Assembly: GCA_038867615.1 (NCBI GenBank)
Contig: JAWBYA010000002.1
Location: forward strand, 224,001 to 288,000
Length of the DNA stretch: 64,000 nt
Origin: Sulfolobales archaeon
GTDB taxonomy: Archaea; Thermoproteota; Thermoprotei_A; Sulfolobales; AG1
Reading direction: 5' to 3'
Shown: in pieces, positions 32,072 through 44,618 of the stretch
Position numbering within the stretch: the stretch's first letter is position 1
How the letters are laid out: every line of letters starts with the position of its first letter
Notes under the pieces: generated by a model
The model's database searches: none
Seen by the model: the letters and a program-made list of their open reading frames with translations, nothing else
What the model was told of the DNA's origin: nothing
Translations under genes and position numbers: made by a program

Positions 32072-33061
32072 TTGGTTAAGATGCCCAGATGCGATATATG
32101 TAGCGCTAGAGATGCTGTTGTCTACCAAGCCCATACGGGGCTGAGGCTGTGTAAGGTCTGTTTCTTTTCAAACGTTGTTGCTAGGGTTTCTAAAGAGATC
32201 TTTAGATACGGTATGATTAAGCATGGCGATAGGATCTTGATAGGCATCTCTGGGGGTAAGGATAGCTTTGTGCTTCTAGACATACTCTCACAGATCCACG
32301 ATCCGTCGAGGCTTGGTGGAGTAACGATTGTTGAGGGGATAGAGGGCTATAATAGAGCTGAGCATATAGCTGAGATCAAGAGAACAGCTATGGAAAGGGG
32401 TGTAGAGCTGCATGTGGTATCTATCAAGGAGCTTTGGGGAGCCTCTGTAGATGAGATGGTTCGGATGTCCATAGAGAAGGGGCAGAGGATCTCTCCATGC
32501 ACCTATTGCGGTATTCATAGGAGGAAAAGTCTGAATCTCATGGCTAGGGAGCTCGGCTATAGTAAGGTAGCCACGGCCCATAACCTAGACGATGAGGTCC
32601 AGACCATAGTGATCAATATACTCAGGGGAGATATAGCTAGGCTCTACATGAACCACCCCCTAAGACCCAAAGGATCTGGGCTCTTCATAGACAAGATCAA
32701 ACCTCTGAGAAAGATCTATGAGTGGGAGACGGCTAAATATGCATATCTAGCCGGCTTCAAACCCCAAGATGTTGAATGCCCCTACCTAGAGCTCTTCCCC
32801 TCGCTCAGAGCTAGGGTTAGGGATATGATCTATAGGATTGAGGCTTCAAAACCAGGCTCTATGCTAAGACTGCTCGAATGGTTTGACAATACGTTCAACC
32901 CATCAAAGCAGAACAATAGAGAGACGCCAAAGCTAGGTTTATGCTCGATCTGTGGAGAGCCAACATCGCCTAACAGATCTATATGCAAGTCATGCGAACT
33001 CCAGATAAGATCCCTTGGTGAGGTAAAGATCGCTAAGAATGTTTTGAAAACACAGCCATAG
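32072..33061 (+). CDS. ttuA: tRNA 2-thiolation protein (TtuA/Ncs6 family)
   Basis: Zinc fingers at both ends, SGGKDS PP-loop, CTYCG, TAHNLDD. Confidence 0.88.
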   Translation: MVKMPRCDICSARDAVVYQAHTGLRLCKVCFFSNVVARVSKEIFRYGMIKHGDRILIGISGGKDSFVLLDILSQIHDPSRLGGVTIVEGIEGYNRAEHIAEIKRTAMERGVELHVVSIKELWGASVDEMVRMSIEKGQRISPCTYCGIHRRKSLNLMARELGYSKVATAHNLDDEVQTIVINILRGDIARLYMNHPLRPKGSGLFIDKIKPLRKIYEWETAKYAYLAGFKPQDVECPYLELFPSLRARVRDMIYRIEASKPGSMLRLLEWFDNTFNPSKQNNRETPKLGLCSICGEPTSPNRSICKSCELQIRSLGEVKIAKNVLKTQP

Positions 33062-33122
33062 GGATGCGATATTCCAGCATCTTAATAAACCGCCCAACCC
33101 CCACTTACTGAGGGATGAGCTT

Positions 33123-33578
33123 ATGGGAGCTGAGAGCTCTAGCGAGAAGCAAGAGAAAGGATCCGGGGTTGTCGAGCTAAGACTCAGGGGGGTTGTTGAG
33201 GGCTTTGGAGAAGGGATCCTGCTTGTCATAGATGATTTTATTTCGTTCCTAGGAGATCTAGATCCTAAGAAAGGAGTTCTTAGGAAAAAGGGATACGAGG
33301 ACGTAGAGGTTAGGGATAAGATCCTCGTGTTCAGAGGATCTAGAGGCTCTACTGTAGGTACATATGTTATCTACTCGATCTCTAAGGCTGGTTTAGCCCC
33401 GAGGGCCATGATAGTTGACAAGGCAGACCAGGTGGTGATAACGGGATGCGTGGTGGGCAATATTACCCTTGGAGAAACCCTTGGATTCAGAGTAAAAGAT
33501 CTCGCTAGCTATAACGGTCGACACGCAGTTGTGAGAATAAAGGGAAACGAGGGAGTTCTGGAGATCCATAGTAGTTGA
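33123..33578 (+). CDS. Aconitase X swivel subunit (DUF126; phosphomevalonate dehydratase small-subunit-like)
   Basis: ISFLGDLDPKKG, GSRGSTVGTYVIY. Confidence 0.85.
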   Translation: MGAESSSEKQEKGSGVVELRLRGVVEGFGEGILLVIDDFISFLGDLDPKKGVLRKKGYEDVEVRDKILVFRGSRGSTVGTYVIYSISKAGLAPRAMIVDKADQVVITGCVVGNITLGETLGFRVKDLASYNGRHAVVRIKGNEGVLEIHSS

Positions 33579-33656
33579 TACATGCAACTAAGGCTATGTT
33601 GCTTACAAGGCACTATATATCCCCTCTAGCCCTTATCTACTGATGAGGAGCGGGTA

Positions 33657-35519
33657 TTGAGGCTACTGGCAATAGCTCTTCTCCTCCTCATACTCTCAGC
33701 GACACAGCTATCATTGCTAAGCGCTAGTACTAATACCAATACTACTAATTGTGTCAGAATAGATGTCCCAGCAGTGGAGGGTCAGAGTGGGAAGGGCAGT
33801 GTTGTTAGCGTAGCTGTATGTATAAACCCAGGCGGTAATAGCCTGAGGATCTATGGTACAGATAAGATCGAGGCCGACACGCTCATATCGATCATAACAG
33901 CATACATCATAGCCCAGCTACTATCAAACAAACCCCCAAGCAGCTATGATATAGATATCAGCTTCGAGAAAAACGTACAAGACGTATCAGGTCCATCTGC
34001 AGGAGCTATTATGACGTTAGCACTCTACAGCCTGCTAAACAACAGTGAATACAACGGCCTGTCTGGCACAGGTGCTATAAATCTAGACGGCAGTATAGAG
34101 GCTGTTGGCGGTATACCGCAGAAGCTCTCCGCTCTAAGAACTTCTGGGCATAAAGAGGTATTCTTACCAATAGCTAATTATATTCAGTACAGACAGCTAA
34201 TAGAATCACAATTCAGGGATCTAAAAGTGCTCCCGGTAAGCAGTATTGTAGATCTTCTCAATACGCCGCCGCCCCGCTGGTCCCTAGAGGCTGGGGAGGA
34301 GTATGTAATATATGTTATATCAAACGTATCAAGAGATCATGAAGCCGTTATGAAGGATCTTCTGGAAAGGCTTTCGAACATTTATATAAGCAGGGTATCT
34401 GATACAGGTTCCACGGAATATAGATTAGTAATGAGTATAGTGGATAAGGTTAGAAGAAACCCCCCGAGCAATGGGTATGCTTTGATAAACCTATACTACC
34501 TATCACTGGTTCAGCTTATCCAAGCTATAGTGGATAGAGATCTCAACGGGTATGGTAGGATCCTGATCCAGCGGGCTGTTGAGGAGTATAACAAATCGAT
34601 AGACAGGCTTGCCACGGTCTTCTCAGATATACCCAGATCTATGGATCTCGACAGGTTCCTACTATACCTACTGATCTTTGAGAGAGCTGTAAACCTGGCC
34701 AGCTATGATGGTGTGGTTAAGGCTTACACAAGTAGCGGTGATACAGGATCTATAGCCAGGGTAGCGGGCACGCTATATGGAAGAGCCCTCTCAATAGATT
34801 ACTGGCTAGATGTGCTGGGTAACATGACGCATAGCACAGGAGCAACTGTGGAACTGGATAGTGCCTATGGTGTGTCTAGAAACATCCTCCGGATTCTCGG
34901 TGTCTCCAGAATATCTGATACTGCTGTTTCGAACCTAACTAAGATCATAGGCCCTAGAGTAGATCTTGCTGCCCTAGAGACCCTGAACACCGTTTATACT
35001 CTATACTCGTATCTACAGAACTACTCATACACAGTGAGAGGGTCGACATTATCCCAGATTATTAGTCGGGGAGCGGGGACTGGGGCGAGCTCCAACGCCT
35101 TAGATCAGCTGAAAACAAGCGGCTATATAACAAACATGCTCGGAATCATGCATAGCGGCATGGCTAGGAGCATCTATAGCTTCCCACTGTGGGTTCTCAA
35201 CAACACAGATCCACAGTCACAAGATACAGGAATCCTTGTCAGCTCCTTACTATCAACAAGCGCCTCCGCTCTGTCTCTCAACATGCTCTACATGATCCTC
35301 TCTAAAAGGGTTAGCACACCACTCAGTCTAGAGCTTAGCGGTGAGGCTAAGAACGTTCTACAAGGCCCCGCAGAAAGGAGATATCCCGCTGATATCCCAA
35401 TAATAGAGCTGGAGAGACTATCACAACTCCTAACCTTAGCATCTATAGCCATCTCTACTATAACATTATTAATATACATTGCTTTATCCAGAAGCGGTAA
35501 ACCAAACCCAAAGCCGTAG
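33657..35519 (+). CDS. Secreted, membrane-anchored S16 (Lon-like) serine protease without ATPase domain
   Basis: Signal peptide; VSGPSAG catalytic Ser, VGGIPQK Lys; C-terminal TM helix. Confidence 0.85.
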   Translation: MRLLAIALLLLILSATQLSLLSASTNTNTTNCVRIDVPAVEGQSGKGSVVSVAVCINPGGNSLRIYGTDKIEADTLISIITAYIIAQLLSNKPPSSYDIDISFEKNVQDVSGPSAGAIMTLALYSLLNNSEYNGLSGTGAINLDGSIEAVGGIPQKLSALRTSGHKEVFLPIANYIQYRQLIESQFRDLKVLPVSSIVDLLNTPPPRWSLEAGEEYVIYVISNVSRDHEAVMKDLLERLSNIYISRVSDTGSTEYRLVMSIVDKVRRNPPSNGYALINLYYLSLVQLIQAIVDRDLNGYGRILIQRAVEEYNKSIDRLATVFSDIPRSMDLDRFLLYLLIFERAVNLASYDGVVKAYTSSGDTGSIARVAGTLYGRALSIDYWLDVLGNMTHSTGATVELDSAYGVSRNILRILGVSRISDTAVSNLTKIIGPRVDLAALETLNTVYTLYSYLQNYSYTVRGSTLSQIISRGAGTGASSNALDQLKTSGYITNMLGIMHSGMARSIYSFPLWVLNNTDPQSQDTGILVSSLLSTSASALSLNMLYMILSKRVSTPLSLELSGEAKNVLQGPAERRYPADIPIIELERLSQLLTLASIAISTITLLIYIALSRSGKPNPKP

Positions 35520-35618
35520 CCAGCTGTTTCGGATTTCATGAGGGTTTATATGGATTGATATTAAACCCGTAGTTCTGCAATAATGGAACATTATATAAGC
35601 CCTGTTATTCTATGGGAT

Positions 35619-35790
35619 GCCGCCCAGCAATGAGGGTGGCTATAAAGACCCAAGTGGGCGGGTTAAATAAAAACCAGGATGTGGGGGTTTCCCCACAGCA
35701 TTGAGCTGAGGCCGAGGAAGCCATGGGAAGAGCGGTTGATATCAAAAATCAACCGCAATGAAGCCCGAACCCCGCATAACCCCTAACAAA
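35619..35790 (+). mobile_element. Non-coding IS200/IS605 tnpB-3'-end/omegaRNA-like element, copy A
   Basis: Shares blocks with 52984-53132 and 54517-54680; hairpins CCGCCCA/TGGGCGG, GTGGGG/CCCCAC, GCGGTTGAT/ATCAACCGC; one frame reads RMWGFPHSIE; TTATATAA box at 35591-35598. Confidence 0.6.
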
Positions 35791-36040
35791 CCTACATAGC
35801 CTTTCATTTCGATCATCACTGAGTGCTGAAAAAGCTCGCCTCCAGGTAAATCTTTCCCAAGAGTTATCAGGACCCAGAGATCTATTGATCACGAATCCTG
35901 ACTGCTTGAAAGTATGTATCATTAAAGACAGTCTCGTGGTTGGAAGCAAGTGATCATAAACCTTAACTAAATCCCCGCTTGACTCCAAGGCCCCATATGG
36001 GGTGATATTAGTCCCCTTGGGATCTTGGTAATGGTGAAGC

Positions 36041-37363
36041 ATGCTAACCTATGAGCATATGATAAAGGATCCTGTCCATGGATACATAGGGATCACTCGG
36101 GCGGAGAAATGCATAATAGATACTGGGGCTTTTCAGAGGCTTAGGAGAACGTTACAGCTGCCAACCTCTGTCTATGTATATCCAGGGGCTGTGCACACCA
36201 GGTTTGCCCATAGCATTGGCGCTATGCATATAGCCAGCGCGTTTGGCGAGAATATAGCGCAAAGGCTAGGGCTTGTGGGTAGGGATGAGGGTTCCAGGCT
36301 TATCCAGTTCCTCAGACTTGCTCTACTCCTACACGATATAGGCCACGGCCCTTTCTCCCACAGCTTTGAGGAGACGATCCTATACCCAATGGGGGTTAAT
36401 CACGAGATAGTGGGCTCCAGGATCATTGAAAGCAATGACGAGATAGCCTCATGCATAGAGGAGAACAAGGATCTAGGATTTACACCAAAAGATCTTTCAA
36501 GAGCATTGCTAGCCGTTGGAAGCGAGGACTGGCCAGTGCTGGGATACAGTGGTGTTGATCAGGAGATGGAGAAGAGCCTCTTCTATGTGCTTAAAGGGCC
36601 CTTCGCCGCGGATCTCCTAGACTATCTGATCAGGGACTCATACTACACAGGAGCTGGATACGGCTCGGGGATAGATTGGGAGAGGATAGCTAGAAGCACC
36701 ATCCCGCTCCACAGGAGGCTAGGAATACTGGATAAGGCTGTCGATGCATACGAACATGTCCTCATAGCCAGGTTCCACATGTTTGCCACGGTGTATTATC
36801 ATAAGACTACGAGGGCTGTTGAGCAGCTTGTATCGAGACTCCTTGAGGAGAGTAAAAGCTATATTGATTATAGGGAGATGGTGAACAACCCCTCCAGATA
36901 TGTTGAGCTAGACGACACCTATATACTTGGAAACCCCTCTATAAGGGATCTCGAGCCATGCAGAATGCTTCTAAACAGAAAAATACCCTACACTGTTGTT
37001 GAGGAGAAAAGGCTACAGATACCTAGGAGAAACCCCCTCATGATGCTAGCCCTCGATAGGGGTTTTCTTAACAAGCTCCTGCTAGAAAAGCTTGGGAGCA
37101 ACTATAGCGGGGTTGTCTATATAGACACACCACGCCTACCCCTCAACCCGATGCTCAGGGATGATGAGGTTCTAGTGATCTCCGGGGATAGGCGTGTGAT
37201 CAAGGGATTCGAGGAGATGAGCTTTGGAACACTCTCCCACAGTGTCGCTATAGTTAGGCTCTATATGGATAAGAGGCATCTCGATAAGAGGGAGCAGGCG
37301 GTAAAGACATTTAGAGAGATCATCGAGACAAGCTCTATGGAGACCCTCAGGTCTTTCTACTAA
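36041..37363 (+). CDS. HD-domain phosphohydrolase (dNTP triphosphohydrolase/YwfO-like)
   Basis: IKDPVHG, FQRLRR, HTRFAHSIG, LLHDIGHGPFSH, DYLIRD, VYYHKT. Confidence 0.92.
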   Translation: MLTYEHMIKDPVHGYIGITRAEKCIIDTGAFQRLRRTLQLPTSVYVYPGAVHTRFAHSIGAMHIASAFGENIAQRLGLVGRDEGSRLIQFLRLALLLHDIGHGPFSHSFEETILYPMGVNHEIVGSRIIESNDEIASCIEENKDLGFTPKDLSRALLAVGSEDWPVLGYSGVDQEMEKSLFYVLKGPFAADLLDYLIRDSYYTGAGYGSGIDWERIARSTIPLHRRLGILDKAVDAYEHVLIARFHMFATVYYHKTTRAVEQLVSRLLEESKSYIDYREMVNNPSRYVELDDTYILGNPSIRDLEPCRMLLNRKIPYTVVEEKRLQIPRRNPLMMLALDRGFLNKLLLEKLGSNYSGVVYIDTPRLPLNPMLRDDEVLVISGDRRVIKGFEEMSFGTLSHSVAIVRLYMDKRHLDKREQAVKTFREIIETSSMETLRSFY

Positions 37364-37382
37364 GGGTTCTGATGAGATATCG

Positions 37383-40222
<2,840 letters not shown>

Positions 40223-40315
40223 TCAGAATACTATCACGCTATTAACTTATTAAACTAGTCTTTTTCCTTTGCTAAGAGGAAATGCTAAGATATTTACCCC
40301 TTCACGCTTACTTCT

Positions 40316-42319
40316 TTGGTGTGTTTCTTGGTTGTGCGTGATGTTAAAAAGATCCTTGTTGTCGGTGCTGGCACAATGGGGCACGGTATAGCTGAGGTAG
40401 CCGCCATAGCTGGTTATAATGTGACTCTCGTTGACATATCTAAAGAGATCCTTGATAGGGCGCTAGAGAGGATCAGATGGAGCCTCTCGAAACTGAGGGA
40501 GAAGGGGAGCATTAGGGAGGATGTCGAGACGATAATGTCTAGAATAAAAACCTCGCTAGATCTAGAGGAGTCTGCTAGAGAAGCTGATTTCGTGATAGAA
40601 GCAGCACCTGAAAATATAGAGCTGAAGAAACAGATATTCTCAAGACTTGATAGGAGTGCAAGGCCGGGCGTGATCCTTGCTACGAATACCTCCTCACTAC
40701 CAATAGGAGAGATAGCCTCGGCGACATCGAGGCCTGAGATGGTTATTGGTATGCACTTCTTCAACCCACCACCATTAATGCCCCTAGTTGAGATTGTCAG
40801 AGGCCCCCAGACCTCTGATGAAACACTCAAGATCACCGTAGAGATTGCTAAGAAGATGGGCAAGGAGATCGTGATCGTTAACAAGGACATCCCAGGCTTT
40901 ATCGTTAACAGGCTCCTCTCAAGACTCATAGAGCAAGCATGCTACATGGTTGAGGAGGAGGGCTTCTCGATCCAGGCTATAGATAGTGCCCTAAGATACA
41001 GGGCTGGGCTTCCAATGGGTGTTTTCGAGCTTGTCGACTTCACAGGAATAGATGTTGTTGCCTTTATATTCAGCGAGATGAGTGCTAGAGGGTTTAAAGC
41101 CAGGGTATGTAGATCTATCGCTGAGAAGCTAGAGAAGAAAGAACTTGGAATGAAGAGCGGTAAGGGTTTCTACACATATCAAGCACCAGGTGTATATTCA
41201 AGACCATCTATACCGAGGGAGGAGGGTGAGAGGGTTGATATCATTGGGCTCTTCGCACCAATGGTTAACGAGGCTGCATTCCTGCTAGAGAATGGATATG
41301 TAGACTCGCCAGGAACCATCGATACTGCTGTGAAGCTAGGCCTCGGCTACCCACGCGGTGTACTTGAAATGGCTGACCAGTGGGGTGTCGATGCTGTTGT
41401 TGAAAGGCTTAGAGCAATAAGCTCGAAAGAATCTATGAAGCATAATGCTCCTACAGGGTTGCTACTAAAAATGGTCTCCGAGAACAAACTAGGTGTAAAA
41501 ACGGGAAGCGGTTTCTACACATACGCCGGCGTTGAGGAGAAGAGGCTGAAGACGATCACGGTGAGGAAGGAGAACAGGATTGCGTGGATAGTGCTCAGCA
41601 GACCTGAGAGGCTTAACGCTATATCCCCCGAGATGATAGACGAGATCTCTAGAACTATAGAAGAGCTAGAAACGGATGAAAGTGTGAGGGTTATAGTGAT
41701 AACTGGGAGCGGGAGGGCCTTCTCAGCCGGTGCCGATATAACCGCGTTCACAAGCGCGAATCCCGTGAATGCATATATATACTCTAAAAGATTCCAGGAG
41801 GCGCTCAACAAGATCGAGACTACCCCGAAACCGGTGATAGCAGCTATCAATGGCTACGCACTCGGCGGAGGGCTTGAGCTGGCTATGGCATGTGATCTCA
41901 GAATAGCTTCCGAGAACGCTGTCTTAGGGCAGCCGGAGATAAACCTTGGCCTCATACCAGGGGCTGGCGGGACACAGAGGCTCACGAGAATTGTTGGTGT
42001 TGGAAGGGCTAAGGAGATAGTAATGCTTGGCGACCTGATACCTGCGAAGGAGGCTGAGAGGATCGGTCTTGTTAATAGGGTAGTGCCCCACAACATGCTT
42101 GAGAACGAGGTGAGGGCCTTAGCATCTAAGCTTGCTGAGAAGCCCCCAATAGCCATCATGATGAGCAAGGCTGCTATACATCTTGGAGGCGAGGCCCCAC
42201 TAGACTCTGGACTAGCCCTTGAGAGAGCATTGTTCTCGATCCTGTTCTCTACGGAGGATCTCATAGAGGGTGTGTCAGCCTTCCTCCAGAAAAGAAAGCC
42301 AGAGTTCAAGGGGAAGTAG
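40316..42319 (+). CDS. Fused 3-hydroxyacyl-CoA dehydrogenase / enoyl-CoA hydratase
   Basis: VVGAGTMGHGIA, GMHFFNP, PGFIVNR; crotonase AFSAGAD, GGGLELA, PGAGGTQRL. Confidence 0.95.
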   Translation: MVCFLVVRDVKKILVVGAGTMGHGIAEVAAIAGYNVTLVDISKEILDRALERIRWSLSKLREKGSIREDVETIMSRIKTSLDLEESAREADFVIEAAPENIELKKQIFSRLDRSARPGVILATNTSSLPIGEIASATSRPEMVIGMHFFNPPPLMPLVEIVRGPQTSDETLKITVEIAKKMGKEIVIVNKDIPGFIVNRLLSRLIEQACYMVEEEGFSIQAIDSALRYRAGLPMGVFELVDFTGIDVVAFIFSEMSARGFKARVCRSIAEKLEKKELGMKSGKGFYTYQAPGVYSRPSIPREEGERVDIIGLFAPMVNEAAFLLENGYVDSPGTIDTAVKLGLGYPRGVLEMADQWGVDAVVERLRAISSKESMKHNAPTGLLLKMVSENKLGVKTGSGFYTYAGVEEKRLKTITVRKENRIAWIVLSRPERLNAISPEMIDEISRTIEELETDESVRVIVITGSGRAFSAGADITAFTSANPVNAYIYSKRFQEALNKIETTPKPVIAAINGYALGGGLELAMACDLRIASENAVLGQPEINLGLIPGAGGTQRLTRIVGVGRAKEIVMLGDLIPAKEAERIGLVNRVVPHNMLENEVRALASKLAEKPPIAIMMSKAAIHLGGEAPLDSGLALERALFSILFSTEDLIEGVSAFLQKRKPEFKGK

Positions 42320-43160
42320 AGAAGCTAGGAAGAATAGCTGGTGCTCTCACCAGACTCTCATGGAGAGAGCCCGAGTATATTTTTAACCCCTCAACACCCT
42401 CTTCCCTAAGGATCCTATTTACATCATCACCACCTATAGAGCCTGGGTCTCTGCTCTTCGAAGCTATCACATAGCTTACGGCATATCCGAATGAGGGAAC
42501 CCATATTGAGTATCCTCTGACATATCTATATACGTTCCCCATGTTCTTAAAGATCTCCTGGTAGTATTCTGGGTAGTAGAAGGAGCATCCAGCCTGGGTA
42601 ACTACAACCCCTTTATCGCTTGTCAATGAATAGAGCTTTCTATAGAAATCCTCTGTATATAGCTTCCTACCTATCTCGGGTCCGTAGGGGTCCGTCAGAT
42701 CAACGATAACAACATCGAAGATCTCTTTTGTTTTCTCAACATATTCAAGACCATCCATTATAACAACACTCGCCCTGGGATCGTTGAAGCTGTTTCTATG
42801 TATCCTTCCCAGGTATTTCTTAGCCAGCTCAACCAGCTCACCATCTATGTCAACCATAACAGCCCTCCTAACACTCCTATACCTCAGAACCTCTCTCAGC
42901 GTGTAACCCTCGCCACCGCCTATTATTAAAACACTCCCAGGCGATCCGTGTGTAACCATTGCTGGGTGTACAAGGGCTTCGTGATATATAGCCTCGTCGG
43001 CCTCTGTTGATTGCACCAGCCCATCGAGTATTAATGAGAGACCATATTCTTCGAAGACTACTATCTCTACCTCTTGATACTTAGTCCTACCCCTATATAG
43101 TATTTCCTTCACACCCATTACCAACGATGTGGATCTTGATACTGGTTGGATATAGATCAG
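42306..43160 (-). CDS. speE: Polyamine aminopropyltransferase (spermidine synthase family); possible CTG start
   Basis: YHEALVHPAM, IIGGGEG, VDLTDP; frame extends upstream of TTG 43124 to CTG 43160. Confidence 0.92.
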   Translation of the reverse strand: MIYIQPVSRSTSLVMGVKEILYRGRTKYQEVEIVVFEEYGLSLILDGLVQSTEADEAIYHEALVHPAMVTHGSPGSVLIIGGGEGYTLREVLRYRSVRRAVMVDIDGELVELAKKYLGRIHRNSFNDPRASVVIMDGLEYVEKTKEIFDVVIVDLTDPYGPEIGRKLYTEDFYRKLYSLTSDKGVVVTQAGCSFYYPEYYQEIFKNMGNVYRYVRGYSIWVPSFGYAVSYVIASKSRDPGSIGGDDVNRILREEGVEGLKIYSGSLHESLVRAPAILPSFSTSP

Positions 43161-43256
43161 TCTGTCCCTAAAGGCTACTCACCACAAGAATCTCTCTACC
43201 ATTGGATAAAAGAACCTATTTAATTATACCTCTAGCTATTATGGTGTGGAATACAC

Positions 43257-44609
43257 ATGGATCCTGTGGGGGTTGATAAAGATCTCTCGGTACTCCACCT
43301 AGGAGTAGATGATCTTGATACTTTTGGGTGGGGATGTACTACGTTCTATATATATAGGCTCCTTAAGGAGCTATCAAGAACCCCCCTAGGATCTAGAGTA
43401 AAGCTTATCGACTACCCCTTACTAGCCAGGCTCAACCCCTCTATCCCGTTTAAGACAAGGGGGAACGGGGCACTCTCCCTACACATTGCGGGGGAGGAGC
43501 GAGACCTGGCAGAGATTATAGAGATCGCGCTAGCACTTCTCGACTCGAGATCGATGCCTGGTAGGGAGCCGGGAGTTGTATCGATAATCGGTAAGATCGA
43601 TAAGATGCTGGCTAGAAAGATATATATACACCTCTTGACAGATGTAGCAGATATAACCTATGCAGTGAGGGTTATAGAAAAACTCGGCGGAAAGATCCAT
43701 ATTGGTGGGAGGGGCGTTATAGGCGCCCTCGGATCCATAGCATACCACCTCTACGAGGGTGACTGCACATACGAGCTTCTAGCATACTCAGAAGATATTG
43801 AGAATGTGCACATAGATCGAGATAGTGTTGTTGAAATGGATAGGCTTACAAGCCCTCTCACATTCAACAACATAGATCGAGAGACAGGGAAGATCCTGAT
43901 CAAGCCCTCAACAGGAGCTCCAGTAGCGCTGGGGATAAGGGGCGAGAGCCCCTCAATACTGGTTAAGGCCTATGGGATACTTGGTGCTAGGGGGCTTGAG
44001 GGTTACATGATCCTGAGGACTAACCAGGCTACAGATCAGCACCTGATCCCGAGGAGCATTAGCGACGCCAAATACTATAGGACAGGGCTTTTTAAGGGAG
44101 TAGTTGTTGATAACCCTAAGATCATGAGGGGTGGAGATGTGCTTCTAAGGATCTCTGATGGTACTGAGATCACTGTGGCTATCTATAAAGAGATAGGGGA
44201 GGCTAACAAGGTTGCGAGGGAGCTGGTTAAAGGCGATATAATAGCTGTTGGGGGTTCTGTCAAACCATGGCTCTTGGAATGGTCGGAAACCCCTGTGATC
44301 AATGCTGAGGAGCTTAGGATCTTGAAGCTTGCTGAGAAGCATATCGAGATCCCTCCTAAATGCCCGGCATGTGGTGGGAGTATGGAGAGCATGGGTAGTG
44401 GTAAGGGTTATAGGTGTAGGAGGTGCGGGTATAGAGATAGGAGTGTGTCGAAGGTAAAGGTGAGGGTTGAGAGAAATATCAAGATCGGGGTCTATAAACC
44501 TCCTCCACGCAATATGAAGCATTTATCAAAACCACTGTCGAGGATAGGTTTTGAGAAGATCTGTAGAGCTGCGAGCCCGAGTGGCGGTATAAGCTCTGTG
44601 ATCCTCTGA
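43257..44609 (+). CDS. tiaS: tRNA(Ile2) agmatidine synthetase
   Basis: GVDD..GCTT, RLNPSIPFKTRGNG, TNQATDQH, OB fold, zinc ribbon, KHLSKP. Confidence 0.95.
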   Translation: MDPVGVDKDLSVLHLGVDDLDTFGWGCTTFYIYRLLKELSRTPLGSRVKLIDYPLLARLNPSIPFKTRGNGALSLHIAGEERDLAEIIEIALALLDSRSMPGREPGVVSIIGKIDKMLARKIYIHLLTDVADITYAVRVIEKLGGKIHIGGRGVIGALGSIAYHLYEGDCTYELLAYSEDIENVHIDRDSVVEMDRLTSPLTFNNIDRETGKILIKPSTGAPVALGIRGESPSILVKAYGILGARGLEGYMILRTNQATDQHLIPRSISDAKYYRTGLFKGVVVDNPKIMRGGDVLLRISDGTEITVAIYKEIGEANKVARELVKGDIIAVGGSVKPWLLEWSETPVINAEELRILKLAEKHIEIPPKCPACGGSMESMGSGKGYRCRRCGYRDRSVSKVKVRVERNIKIGVYKPPPRNMKHLSKPLSRIGFEKICRAASPSGGISSVIL

Positions 44610-44618
44610 GTATAACCT

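Noticed and set aside
33105-33135. CTGA-GGGATGA-11nt-CTGA as a C/D sRNA
   Set aside because: Only a partial box set with no convincing box C upstream; it coincides with the start region of the DUF126 gene.
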